Below are positions 1-8,833 of a stretch of DNA of 64,000 nucleotides, in pieces; position 1 is the stretch's first letter, and each line of letters starts with the position of its first letter. Below the pieces are notes generated by a model. The model ran no database searches and was not told the DNA's origin. It saw only the letters and a program-made list of their open reading frames with translations. Source of the DNA: Terriglobales bacterium (GTDB taxonomy: Bacteria > Acidobacteriota > Terriglobia > Terriglobales > Acidobacteriaceae); contig JBBSFW010000001.1 of the NCBI GenBank assembly GCA_038254805.1, positions 36,662 through 100,661 of the forward strand. Direction: 5' to 3'. Made by a program: the position numbers and the translations under genes.

Positions 1-1
1 A

Positions 2-376
2 CGCGCCCAGGTATCACAGTATCGGGCAGCTGCACAGAGACTTGGCGAGAGCGCAATCAGTCAAGAGATCCTGGAACAGAGGCTCACGGCTGCGAGGCAA
101 AAGTATCTGCTTTATGCAAACAAACGCGAAGAAGCCAGGATCGGGGACGCCCTCGATCAAGGCAAAATCCTGAACGTCGCAATTGCGGAAGAGCCGCACG
201 TGCCGGCTTTGCCGGTTTGGCCGTTCTGGACTGCAACATGCATTTCACTGGTTGGGGCTGGTGTCTTCAGCACAGGAATGGCGTTTGCGTCAGATTACTT
301 CGACCCGTCGTTGCCCTTTTTGGGGTCCTTGCCGGCGCGGTCGCCGAAGCCGGGGCTCGGTCTGGCGGCATCATGA
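2..376 (+). CDS. polysaccharide chain-length determinant (Wzz/GumC family), C-terminal part; 5' end lies outside the window
   Basis: Frame 2 is open from the window edge to TGA at 374-376. It is absent from the ORF track because there is no start codon in the window. The translation ...QKYLLYANKREEARIGDALDQGKILNVAIAEEPHVPALPVWP followed by a hydrophobic helix (CISLVGAGVFSTGMAFA) matches the conserved coiled-coil end plus second TM of Wzz/GumC proteins. Confidence 0.6.
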   Translation, partial: RAQVSQYRAAAQRLGESAISQEILEQRLTAARQKYLLYANKREEARIGDALDQGKILNVAIAEEPHVPALPVWPFWTATCISLVGAGVFSTGMAFASDYFDPSLPFLGSLPARSPKPGLGLAAS

Positions 377-480
377 GATCAGTCGCGCAAATTTGGCAGG
401 AAAGCCCTTCGGTACTGATCCGCATCGTTCGACCTTCACGAGCAAGGGGCGCTGCGCCTTCGAGGTTCAGTTCGTCTGAT

Positions 481-942
481 ATGGGTGGGGCTGCGGGCTC
501 GCTGGCCATGCAGATATTTTCTCCTTCGCCGACAGTGCGGCGGACACGGGTTCTGTTCGCAGCCGCGGATAAAGAGACCAACGCCTCAGGGGTCTGTGAG
601 CAGCTCGGAAGCGTGCTTGCAGAGGTTTAAGGACTCCGAGTGGCCATTGTTGAAGGGCAGCAAGCTTTGACCGGAGAAGCATGTTGTAGTTCATTAAAAA
701 ATGAAATCCAGACTGCTTTTCAATATTTCCTTATTCCCAGCTACATAGGCGATGGCGACACGGACAACCTAAGCAGCTCCTGCGACGGAACAGTCTTGGT
801 ACTCACGGCAAACCGGACGCATCGAGAGGCGGCGCTGCGCGCAAAGGAATGTCTGGAGCGCTGCCCCGCCCCCCTCCTGGTGGGAACAGTACTGGACAAC
901 CGAGGCTTTCCCATTCCCGAAGCGATTTACCGGAGGCTTTAG
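481..942 (+). pseudogene. degenerate BY-kinase/MinD-like P-loop domain interrupted by an in-frame TAA (628-630)
   Basis: Frame 1 reads ...RVLFAAADKETNASGVCEQLGSVLAEV*GLRVAIVEG...DGTVLVLTANRTHREAALRAKECLERCPAPLLVGTVLDN. The layout resembles CpsD/Wzc kinase domains (vlvTS..GEGKS...LA..LA..G.rVLLvD ... DgvllVvr.g.t....v..a...L......lGvVlN). The Walker A GK[ST] is missing and a stop codon splits the domain. Confidence 0.4.
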
Positions 943-948
943 CGCCGC

Positions 949-2494
949 ATGCAGAAGACGACACGCATTTTTGACGCCGCGAGTCTGCGTCGCGCGGAAT
1001 CAGAGGTGACCTCCTCACATGCACTCGACCTGGCGCGTCTGGTCCCCGGGGTGGCAGCTTGGCAAGACGGGCCGGGCGGAATCCCGCAGTTCACGGCCAC
1101 GGACAGCCGGCCCTTAGCGGACTGCTGGAGTGAACGTAATTCCCGCGTGACCCTGGCGCCGGAGTTCTTGAAGGGAGTCCACCCTTCCAAATTCGGCATG
1201 GTCTGCTTTGACATGGCTGCGGTCGCCTTCATATTTGCGATCGACAAGCTGCTTTTAAAGATTCCGGCGCTCTCTTTCAGGACTTTCAGTTTTTACTGCT
1301 GCAGCTTCGGTTGTTTTGCAATTCAAGAGGGTCTTTACGGCTGCCGCTCCCGGTCTCGTTCCACCGAATATCAAGTGGTAGCGAAGGCGATTCTCTGGGG
1401 AATTCTTTTTGCGTTTCTCGCAGTTGGATCGGGACCTATGCGATCTTCTCTCCTCCCACTGCTTTTCCTCGGAGGGTACAGTTTTGCATTCTGTGCGCGG
1501 CCCGGCAATTGGGATGGATGATTCGGGGGCCGGAAATTAGCGACCATGCGCGCAACGTACTGATCGCCGGAGATGGAGATCACGCCGAAAAGGTCACCCG
1601 CGCAATTGAAAATAATCGGCTCTCGGGCCGCGCCGTGCGAGGAACCGTGGCAGCACACCTGCTGCGAGGCGCTCAAGGACTATCGACCCTCACGGCAACT
1701 GCACGCCGGGAATTCGCGGAGGAGATAATCATTGCCACGAACGACCCGGAAGCTGCCCGGACCGCGGTCCGGGTGGCGATGCGGAATCAGATTGATATCC
1801 ACCTGGCGCCAGAGATGTATGGCTTGGGGACGGCAAGAGTTCAATTGGAAGACCTGGGCGGCATGCCAATCCTGAAGGTGTGCCGTCAGCTCCCGGAATG
1901 GAGCCTGGCGGCGAAGAGGATCGCGGACGTCATGCTGGCTTCCGCAGGTTTACTTGCACTCTTGCGCTATTCGCCGCTATTCCGTTCACTATCAAATTGG
2001 ACTCCGCTGGACCCGTCTTTTATCGTGCTCCGCGAGTCGGACGCAAAGGCCAGCGCTTCACCTGCTACAAGTTCCGGACCATGATTCCCAACGCCGACTC
2101 TCTGAAAAGCAATTTGCGGGTCATCAATGAGCGCCAGGGTGCGTTTTTTAAGATCGCCAATGACCCAAGGATCACGCGAATCGGCCGAATATTACGCCGC
2201 TACAGCCTCGATGAATTCCCGCAACTGTGGAATGTTTTACGCGGGGAGATGAGCCTCGTCGGGCCACGCCCTCACCCTCCCGATGACGTAGAACGATATA
2301 GCCTCTCGCACCTGCAACGCCTGGACTTCGTTCCGGGAATCACTGGCCTGTGGCAGATCACGGGCAGAAATGATCCCTCTTTTGAAAACAGCGTTGCCTT
2401 GGACGTTGAGTACATCAGGAAATGGAGCCTTGGATTCGACCTTCGAATTCTGTTGAAGACGGTTGCCATTGTGTTGGGGGGAAGTGGCGCGTGA
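949..2494 (+). pseudogene. polyprenyl-phosphate glycosyl-1-phosphate transferase (WbaP/EpsB-type priming transferase), disrupted by two frameshifts
   Basis: The N-terminal TM region is in frame 1 (949-1521). The central linker domain (NVLIAGDGDHAEKV...IIIATN) is in frame 3 (to 2084). The catalytic bacterial sugar transferase domain is in frame 2 (LDSAGPVFYRAPRVGRKGQRFTCYKFRTM...DPRITRIGRILRRYSLDEFPQLWNVLRGEMSLVGPRP). Frame changes are near 1490-1500 and 1956-1964 (AGLLALL / LALFAAIPF). Confidence 0.8.
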
Positions 2495-3810
2495 GCTCCG
2501 GTATCACCGCGGAAAGGGTTTTTTACCGGGAGGAAGCCGCGAGCGCCCTACTGTCGGCGCCGCTCCGGCTTTTGCATGCATTGACAGCCGCTCCGGTATT
2601 CATTTTCCTCGTCACACTCACTGCCATGCTATTCCGCCCGCCGGACTTGAAGTCGTTGCCGTGGGACCGGATTGCGTTTCCCTTCCTTATTTCTGTTATC
2701 GGCATTCATTTTTGTATTCAGCGTGAACGCCTTCGGACATATCCGGTTACCTGGCCTCTGCTGGGATTGACGCTCCTCGGTCTATGTAGCGTTCTCAGCC
2801 AACGCTATGAAGCGCAGGCGTGGAGCCTGCTCGTCGCCAAATGGATCGTGCCGTTCACACTTTTCCACATCGCCGGTTTGGTTTTTCGCGATCAAAGTTC
2901 ATTGCATAAGCTGGAAGTATTTTGCTTGGCCGTGCTCACCTACCTGAGCACGATGTCAGTTCTTTTCTTTTTGGATGCACGATCGTTTATTTTTCCCCGC
3001 TTTATTCTCGATGAAGGAATTGGAATCCATGCCGACCGCGCCCGGGGACCGTTTCTGCAGGCCGTCGCGAATGGAGTCTCGCTGAATATACTGGGGCTTA
3101 TTGTTTTAGATTCTTTCCGCAGGAAGCGGCTTCCCAGGGTTTTGGCGATTTTGCTGTTGGCGGGGGTCCCGCTGGCGTTCATCGCCACAAAGACCCGCGC
3201 GGTATGGATCTCAGCAGCACTATCCCTCGTATTTCTTTCCATTCTTCCGTCTAGCAAGCGGGTCCGAAGGGCGGCATTGGAATTGTGCGTGATCGCGGCC
3301 ATCGGGGCCATCACTCTGGTCTTTTACCAATTCAATTCCAGCACGCTCAGCGACCGCCTGGCGGATCGTTCCCCGGTCGAATTTCGCCTCGGTATGTACC
3401 GTGCGGGATGGGAGATGTTCACCCAAAAACCATTCATAGGCTGGAAGACCGATGCACAGATGCAGGCGGAACTGGCCAGACGAGCCAGCGACTTCCGTCC
3501 CGACTACTACGTTTTTCACAACACCTATCTGGAACTGGCAGTGAAACACGGACTGCTGGGCCTCGGCCTGTATGCATGGCTCGTGGTGTCGCTCTTCCGA
3601 TTGAGAAATGTTCCCAAAACGACGTACGACGACGCAGCAACATTTTCAGACTCGGGATTCCGCCAGCTCTGGCCGGTGATACTCGCCGCCTACCTGCTGA
3701 ACGCAAGTGCAGTGGTGATGAACTATCAGTTCGTGAATGGCTTGCTGTTTACCTTCGCAGGGATTCTCGCAGCCCGCGAGCGCGATGCTTTCGCCGGGGG
3801 CGGGGGTTAG
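2491..3810 (+). CDS. O-antigen ligase/polymerase family membrane protein (Wzy_C-like)
   Basis: Polytopic membrane protein with a Wzy_C-type loop (ATKTRAVWISAALSL...). A GTG at 2491 overlaps the upstream TGA (GTGA). The ORF-track start at 2422 is an alternative. This is the only EPS-locus gene that is uninterrupted. Confidence 0.65.
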   Translation: MSSGITAERVFYREEAASALLSAPLRLLHALTAAPVFIFLVTLTAMLFRPPDLKSLPWDRIAFPFLISVIGIHFCIQRERLRTYPVTWPLLGLTLLGLCSVLSQRYEAQAWSLLVAKWIVPFTLFHIAGLVFRDQSSLHKLEVFCLAVLTYLSTMSVLFFLDARSFIFPRFILDEGIGIHADRARGPFLQAVANGVSLNILGLIVLDSFRRKRLPRVLAILLLAGVPLAFIATKTRAVWISAALSLVFLSILPSSKRVRRAALELCVIAAIGAITLVFYQFNSSTLSDRLADRSPVEFRLGMYRAGWEMFTQKPFIGWKTDAQMQAELARRASDFRPDYYVFHNTYLELAVKHGLLGLGLYAWLVVSLFRLRNVPKTTYDDAATFSDSGFRQLWPVILAAYLLNASAVVMNYQFVNGLLFTFAGILAARERDAFAGGGG

Positions 3811-3813
3811 CGA

Positions 3814-5099
3814 TTGCCGATAGCATATCTTTCCAACCGATTCACGGAAAACCTTGAGCCGTACGTTGCCGCAGAAATTCGCGAGCTCCGCAGGCAGGGA
3901 CATGAAGTTGTGCCGTGCAGTTTCCGCAGGCCGGACATCTCGCCTGAAGTGCGCAGTGATGCCGCCGGGACCTTGCACATACTCATGTTTCGGTTTCCAT
4001 ATGCCCTTGTCGCAGCGTGGCTGTGCGCCACCAATCTCCATCGAATCGCAGACCTGATCTGGCGCGCGATTCACGGCCCCGAACCACTCGCGCGTCGCAT
4101 GAAAACGCTGGTCCACACCGGACTAGGCGTCTATCTCGCGGCCCTGCTCCGAAGGCGGCGCATTAGCCATCTCCACGTGCATCATGGATATTTTTCCGCC
4201 TGGTCTGGAATGGTAGCGGCGCGCATCCTCCGCATCAGCTTCAGCATGACCTTGCATGGCTCCGACTTGCTCATCCGGACAGACTATCTGGACGCAAAGC
4301 TGAAGAATCGCAAATCTTGCGTAACCGTTTCCGAGTTCAATCGCAACTATATTGCGCAGCACTACCCGGAGGTTGACTGCAGAAAGATACTCCTTCACCT
4401 GGTTGGTATTAACGTGAACTTCTGGCAGGCGCGAGCTTCACGGCGCCAGGACGAAGAGTTTTCGATCTTGACGGCCGGACGCCTGGAGGCAGTGAAGAAC
4501 CAGGGATTTTTGATGCTCGCTTGCCGCGAGTTAAAGACCAAGGGCGTGCGCTTCCGGTGTTTAATTGCGATGGGAAAGAGCGAAGAAATCTGGAAGAGTT
4601 GATTGCAGCGCTGGAACTCGAGCACGAAGTCGTGATTCTGGGAGGACTTTCGCGTGAGCAACTCCGTGAACGATATGCGCAAGCCGATGTAGTCGTGCTT
4701 ACCAGTCTCAGCGAAGGAATCCCCGTGACCCTGATGGAAGCAATGGCCATGGAGCGGATCGTTCTTGCGCCGGCAATTACCGGAATTCCGGAGCTTGTTA
4801 TTTCCGGAAAGACTGGGTTCTTGTATCAGCCCAACTCCCTACAAGACTTCCTGCAAAAACTTGAATTTATCCGCGCCGGGTGCAGGTCGCTGGAGCCGAT
4901 TGGTCATGCAGCCAGGCGCCACGTGACAATCCACTTTAATAGCGAGCTTACCCTTCCGGCTTTTGCCACTGACTTTCTGCACCATGCAAGAGCAGCGCGG
5001 CACAGCGGATTGAAGGAACTACCACAGCCACCCTATGAGAATCCTATATTGCAACAAGTACAACTTCCCCTTCAGCGGAACCGAAGTTTATCTGCTTGA
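3814..5099 (+). pseudogene. GT4 glycosyltransferase (WcaL-like), single frameshift near 4567-4572
   Basis: The N-terminal half is in frame 1 (IAYLSNRFTENLEPYVAAEIRELRRQGHEV...LTAGRLEAVKNQGF...KGVRFRCLIA). The C-terminal half is in frame 3 (DGKERRNLEELI...VVVLTSLSEGIPVTLMEAMAMERIVLAPAITGIPELVISGKTGFLY, the EX7E region). The two halves join at the expected GDG motif. Confidence 0.75.
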
Positions 5100-6318
5100 A
5101 ACGATGAAGTTGATGCGTTCACGCGGTCACCAGGCAGCGCTGTTCTCTATGGCCGATCCGCGCGGAGAGCCCACCCCCTATGATCAACATTTCCTGCCTC
5201 TGAGTGATTTCAAGCATGGGGGCGGGCTGGCCCGGGCCCGTCTGGCGCTGCGTGCAGTCTATTCAACGGAAGCCCGCAAACGAATTCGCCACCTGATTGC
5301 AGACTTCCGGCCGGATGTCGCTCATGTCCGCAATATCTATCATCACCTCTCGCCATCGATTCTTTGGGAGCTAAAAGCTCAAGGCGTGCCGGTGATTTAC
5401 CACATGAACGACTTTAAGCTGATCTGTCCCAGTTACAACATGGTCTCGTCGTCAGGAACGGGGTGTGAACGGTGCAAAGGGGGAGCATTTTCAAACGTAA
5501 TCCGGGAAGGTTGCTATGGAGGAGGCCGGCGCGCAGCAGCGGTTCTGGCTGCTGAAGCTTATTTCCATCGCTGGCTGGGCACTTACAACAAGTGCGTGGA
5601 CCTGATTCTTGCCCCGAGTCACTTTGCCCGCCAGAAGTTGATGGAGAACGGCTGGGATCGTGATCGAATTCAGGTGCTTCCGCATTTCCAGAGCCTGTCG
5701 TCAGCGCTACCGACACATCCCGGCCCTAGCGCTTCGATACTTTATTTTGGCCGTTTATCGCCGGAGAAAGGAGTCTCAGATCTCATTTCCGCAATTTCCC
5801 GGCTTCCACATATCCAACTTGTGGTGGCAGGCGACGGTCCGCAACGATTTCAGCTCGAGGCCATGGTTAGCAGGTTAGAACTGAAGAACATCCGATTTGC
5901 CGGCTATGTATCGGGCGCCTGTTTGGAGGCATTGATTGCACAGTCGCAATTCACCGTATTTCCCTCTCGCGCTTACGAAACCCTGGGCAAGAGCATCCTG
6001 GAGTCGTACGCGTTCGGGCGGCCGGTGGTGGCATCCGATCTCGGCTCCCGGCGTGAGCTTGTCGAAGAAGGTGAAACCGGAGTTCTCTACCGGGCGGGAG
6101 ATGTGGATCAACTCACCGCGGCCATTTCCTTTCTGCACGCCCGGCCTGAACTGTCGCGACAAATGGGCATGGCAGGGCGGGAGTTCATTCGCGAGCGGCA
6201 TTCTCAGGATCTACATCTACAGGCGCTCGAAAAACTCTATGGGCAGCTCGCCAACACTGCATCTACCACTCCGCCGCGGGCTCCCCAAAAGGGGGCGGAT
6301 CCCCGAGGTCGAAGGCCG
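5035..6318 (+). CDS. GT4 glycosyltransferase module 1, with no stop codon before the next GT module
   Basis: MRILYCNKYNFPFSGTEVYLLE...YFGRLSPEKGV...VVAGDGP...FPSRAYETLGKSILESYAFGRPVVASDLGSRRELVEEGETGVLY is a typical GT-B/GT4 sequence. The boundary at 6318 is approximate, placed after the Pro/Arg-rich linker TTPPRAPQKGADPRGRRP. Confidence 0.7.
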
Positions 6319-7463
6319 CGAATCGCATTTATCGGGGGACGCGGCATAGTAGGAAAGTACAGCGGTGTCGAAAGTTACTACGAGGAAACGGGCAGGCGTC
6401 TGGTCGAAATGGGCTACGACGTGACCGCCTATTGCAGGAACTACTTCACCCCAAAAGTTGGGGAGCATCGCGGCATGCGAGCAATCCGGATCCCAACCAT
6501 CCGCTCCAAGCATTTGGACACCTTTGCGCACACGTTGCTGAGCACCATTCACGCGTGCTTCGGCAAATACGACATCATCCACTATCAAACGCTGGGGCCC
6601 TCATTGTTCTCGTTCGTCCCTCGATTGTTTGGTAAGAAAACCGTTGTGACGGTGCAAGGCCTGGACTGGCAGCGGAAGAAATGGAGGTGGGTTGCACGCC
6701 AGGTCCTGAAAGCGGGGGAGTGGAGTTCCGCCAGCCTGCCCAACAAAACTGTAGTGGTCTCCCACTGCCTGCGGAGCTATTACAACTCGCGTTACGGAGC
6801 ACCGCCAGTGTGCATTCCGAATGGCACGCAACTGCGACGGCCGGGGCCGTCATTCCACCTGGAACAGCTTGGCCTGGTTCCATTTGGGTACGTACTTTAT
6901 CTCGGCCGGTATTCGCCAGAGAAAAACTGCCACCTGCTCATCGATGCCTTTGAGAAGATGGATACACCGCTGCCCCTGGTACTCGCGGGAGGGTCTAGCC
7001 ACACGGACGCATATGCTGCCAGTCTCCGCCTGCATCAGAGCGAAAAGATCCGGATCTTCGATTGGCTGGCGGGCAGCGAGTTAGAAGAGATCCTCACCCA
7101 CGCAGCGCTGTTTGTCCTCCCTTCCGATCTCGAAGGATCGTCGCTGCGCTTCTGGACGCGATGGGAGCTGGTGTGTGTGTGCTGGCCAGCGACGCCCCAG
7201 AAAATTGCGAGATCATCGGCAATGCCGGATTCACATTCCGCAGGGGCGACGCTGAGGATCTGCAGCTGATGTTGCGTCTGCTGTTGTCAGACGCGCGGCT
7301 GCGCTCCGCGGCCGGACAGAAAGGCCAGTCACGGGCGCGGGAACATTACCTCTGGGACAGAGTTACGGCAGAGGTGGCAAATGTATATGCCGACCTGATT
7401 CCGCCCCGCTCTCGCAGGAAGTTTTCGTCAATTGCGCCACCAGAAAACAACAAGGCTGCATAA
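6319..7463 (+). pseudogene. GT4 glycosyltransferase module 2 (DUF1972-type N-terminus), fused in frame to module 1 and frameshifted near 7137-7143
   Basis: RIAFIGGRGIVGKYSGVESYYEETGRRLVEMGYDVTAYCR is a DUF1972-like start, but there is no ATG/GTG/TTG nearby. The C-terminal motif PSDLEG | AALLDAMGAGVCVLASDAPEN continues in frame 3 (ORF 7062-7463). Confidence 0.65.
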
Positions 7464-7479
7464 AGATCCCTCGGGGAAC

Positions 7480-8832
7480 TTAAGCAACCGGCTCAAGCTG
7501 CGCCGTAAAGTGCCTGAGAAATGGCGCTTGATAGGTGAGTTTGAACCCCCGAATGGAGTGCCGCTGATCCCATACTTCGAGAATCACCTCTACTGCGTAA
7601 TCAATGTGGCTCTGGGTGTATACCCTCCGCGGGATTGCCAGGCGGACCAGGTCCATCTTCGCCGCCGCGCCGAACATGAGTGCGCCGATCTCGACGGAGC
7701 GGATTCCGCCGTGTAGATACAGTTCTGCCGCAAGCGCAACCCCAGGAAACTGTTCCGGGGGAACGTGCGGCAGAAACGCACGGGCATCGAGATAAATCGC
7801 ATGTCCCCCCGGAGGCTGAACAATCGGGACTCCGCGTTCGGCGATGTGATTTCCCAGGTACGCAGTCGAGGCAATGCGATAGCGGAGGTAGTCCTCCTCC
7901 AGCGCCTCTTGCACGCCAACTGCGATGGCTTCCAGGTCTCGCCCGGCGAGGCCGCCATAGGTCGGGTATCCTTCGGTAAGAATCAACAGGTCTTTCTGCT
8001 GCTGCGCCAACAAATCATCATTGGTGCAGAGGAAACCCCCGATATTTGCCATGCCGTCCTTCTTGGCGGACATGGTGCAACCGTCGCCGTAGCTGAATAT
8101 TTCCTGAGCGATCTGCTTGGGGGTATGGCGCTCGTACCCTTTCTCGCGGAGCTTGATGAAGTAGGCGTTTTCGGCGAAGCGGCAGGCGTCAAAATAAAGA
8201 GGGATCTGATGCTTGCGGCAAAGGGCGCTGACCTGCCGGATGTTTTCCATGGAGACCGGCTGGCCACCGCCGGAATTATTGGTGATCGTGAGCATGACCA
8301 GGGGTATGTGTTCACGCCCGACGCGACCAATCAATTCCTCCAGCCCAGCCACATCGATGTTTCCTTTGAAAGGGTGTTTCGTACCCGGCTCGCGACCCTC
8401 CGCAATTACCAGATCGAGGGCTTCCGCGCCCACGAACTCAACGTTGGCCCGAGTGGTATCGAAATGGGTGTTGTTAGGGACAATGTCGCCTTGGTTGCAG
8501 GTCACGCCAAACAGAATTCGTTCAGCGGCGCGGCCCTGGTGGGTTGGAATGACATGGCGGTAGCCAAAAATATCTTGCACAGAAATGCGGAATCGTTCAA
8601 AGCTCCTGCTGCCGGCGTAGCTTTCATCGCCTTCCATCAGTGCAGCCCATTGGTGTGTGGACATGGCCCCGGTCCCGGAATCAGTAAGCAGATCGATCAG
8701 CACGTCGGCAGCGGGAAGCAGGAAGAGGTTGTAATGGGCAGCACGCAATAACTTCTCGCGCTCAGACCGGGTGGTCCAGCGGATGGGTTCGACACTCTTG
8801 ATACGAAACGGTTCAATGATGGTGCGAGCCAT
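7480..8832 (-). CDS. tnaA: tryptophanase (beta-eliminating lyase family)
   Basis: Full-length similarity to TnaA/TPL (EPFRIKSVEP...IDLLTDSGTGAM...PTHQGRAAE...SAKKDGMANIGG...PTYGGLAGRD). HFDTTR and LRHFTAQ carry Asp and His at the positions I recall as Asp137/His463 of E. coli tryptophanase (Thr/Phe in tyrosine phenol-lyase). Confidence 0.8.
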   Translation of the reverse strand: MARTIIEPFRIKSVEPIRWTTRSEREKLLRAAHYNLFLLPAADVLIDLLTDSGTGAMSTHQWAALMEGDESYAGSRSFERFRISVQDIFGYRHVIPTHQGRAAERILFGVTCNQGDIVPNNTHFDTTRANVEFVGAEALDLVIAEGREPGTKHPFKGNIDVAGLEELIGRVGREHIPLVMLTITNNSGGGQPVSMENIRQVSALCRKHQIPLYFDACRFAENAYFIKLREKGYERHTPKQIAQEIFSYGDGCTMSAKKDGMANIGGFLCTNDDLLAQQQKDLLILTEGYPTYGGLAGRDLEAIAVGVQEALEEDYLRYRIASTAYLGNHIAERGVPIVQPPGGHAIYLDARAFLPHVPPEQFPGVALAAELYLHGGIRSVEIGALMFGAAAKMDLVRLAIPRRVYTQSHIDYAVEVILEVWDQRHSIRGFKLTYQAPFLRHFTAQLEPVA

Positions 8833-8833
8833 G

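Noticed and set aside
1311-2084. 257-aa ORF treated as an independent gene
   Set aside because: It is the middle segment of the frameshifted priming transferase. Its ends run into out-of-frame sequence of the neighbouring segments.
7171-7181. (TG)5 dinucleotide repeat as the cause of the GT4 module 2 frameshift
   Set aside because: The frame change occurs upstream (~7137-7143). The repeat is read normally (GAGVCVLASD) in the continuing frame.
7765-8751. 328-aa ORF on the plus strand
   Set aside because: It lies entirely antisense to the well-supported tnaA gene and its translation is low-information. This is a typical shadow ORF in GC-rich coding DNA.
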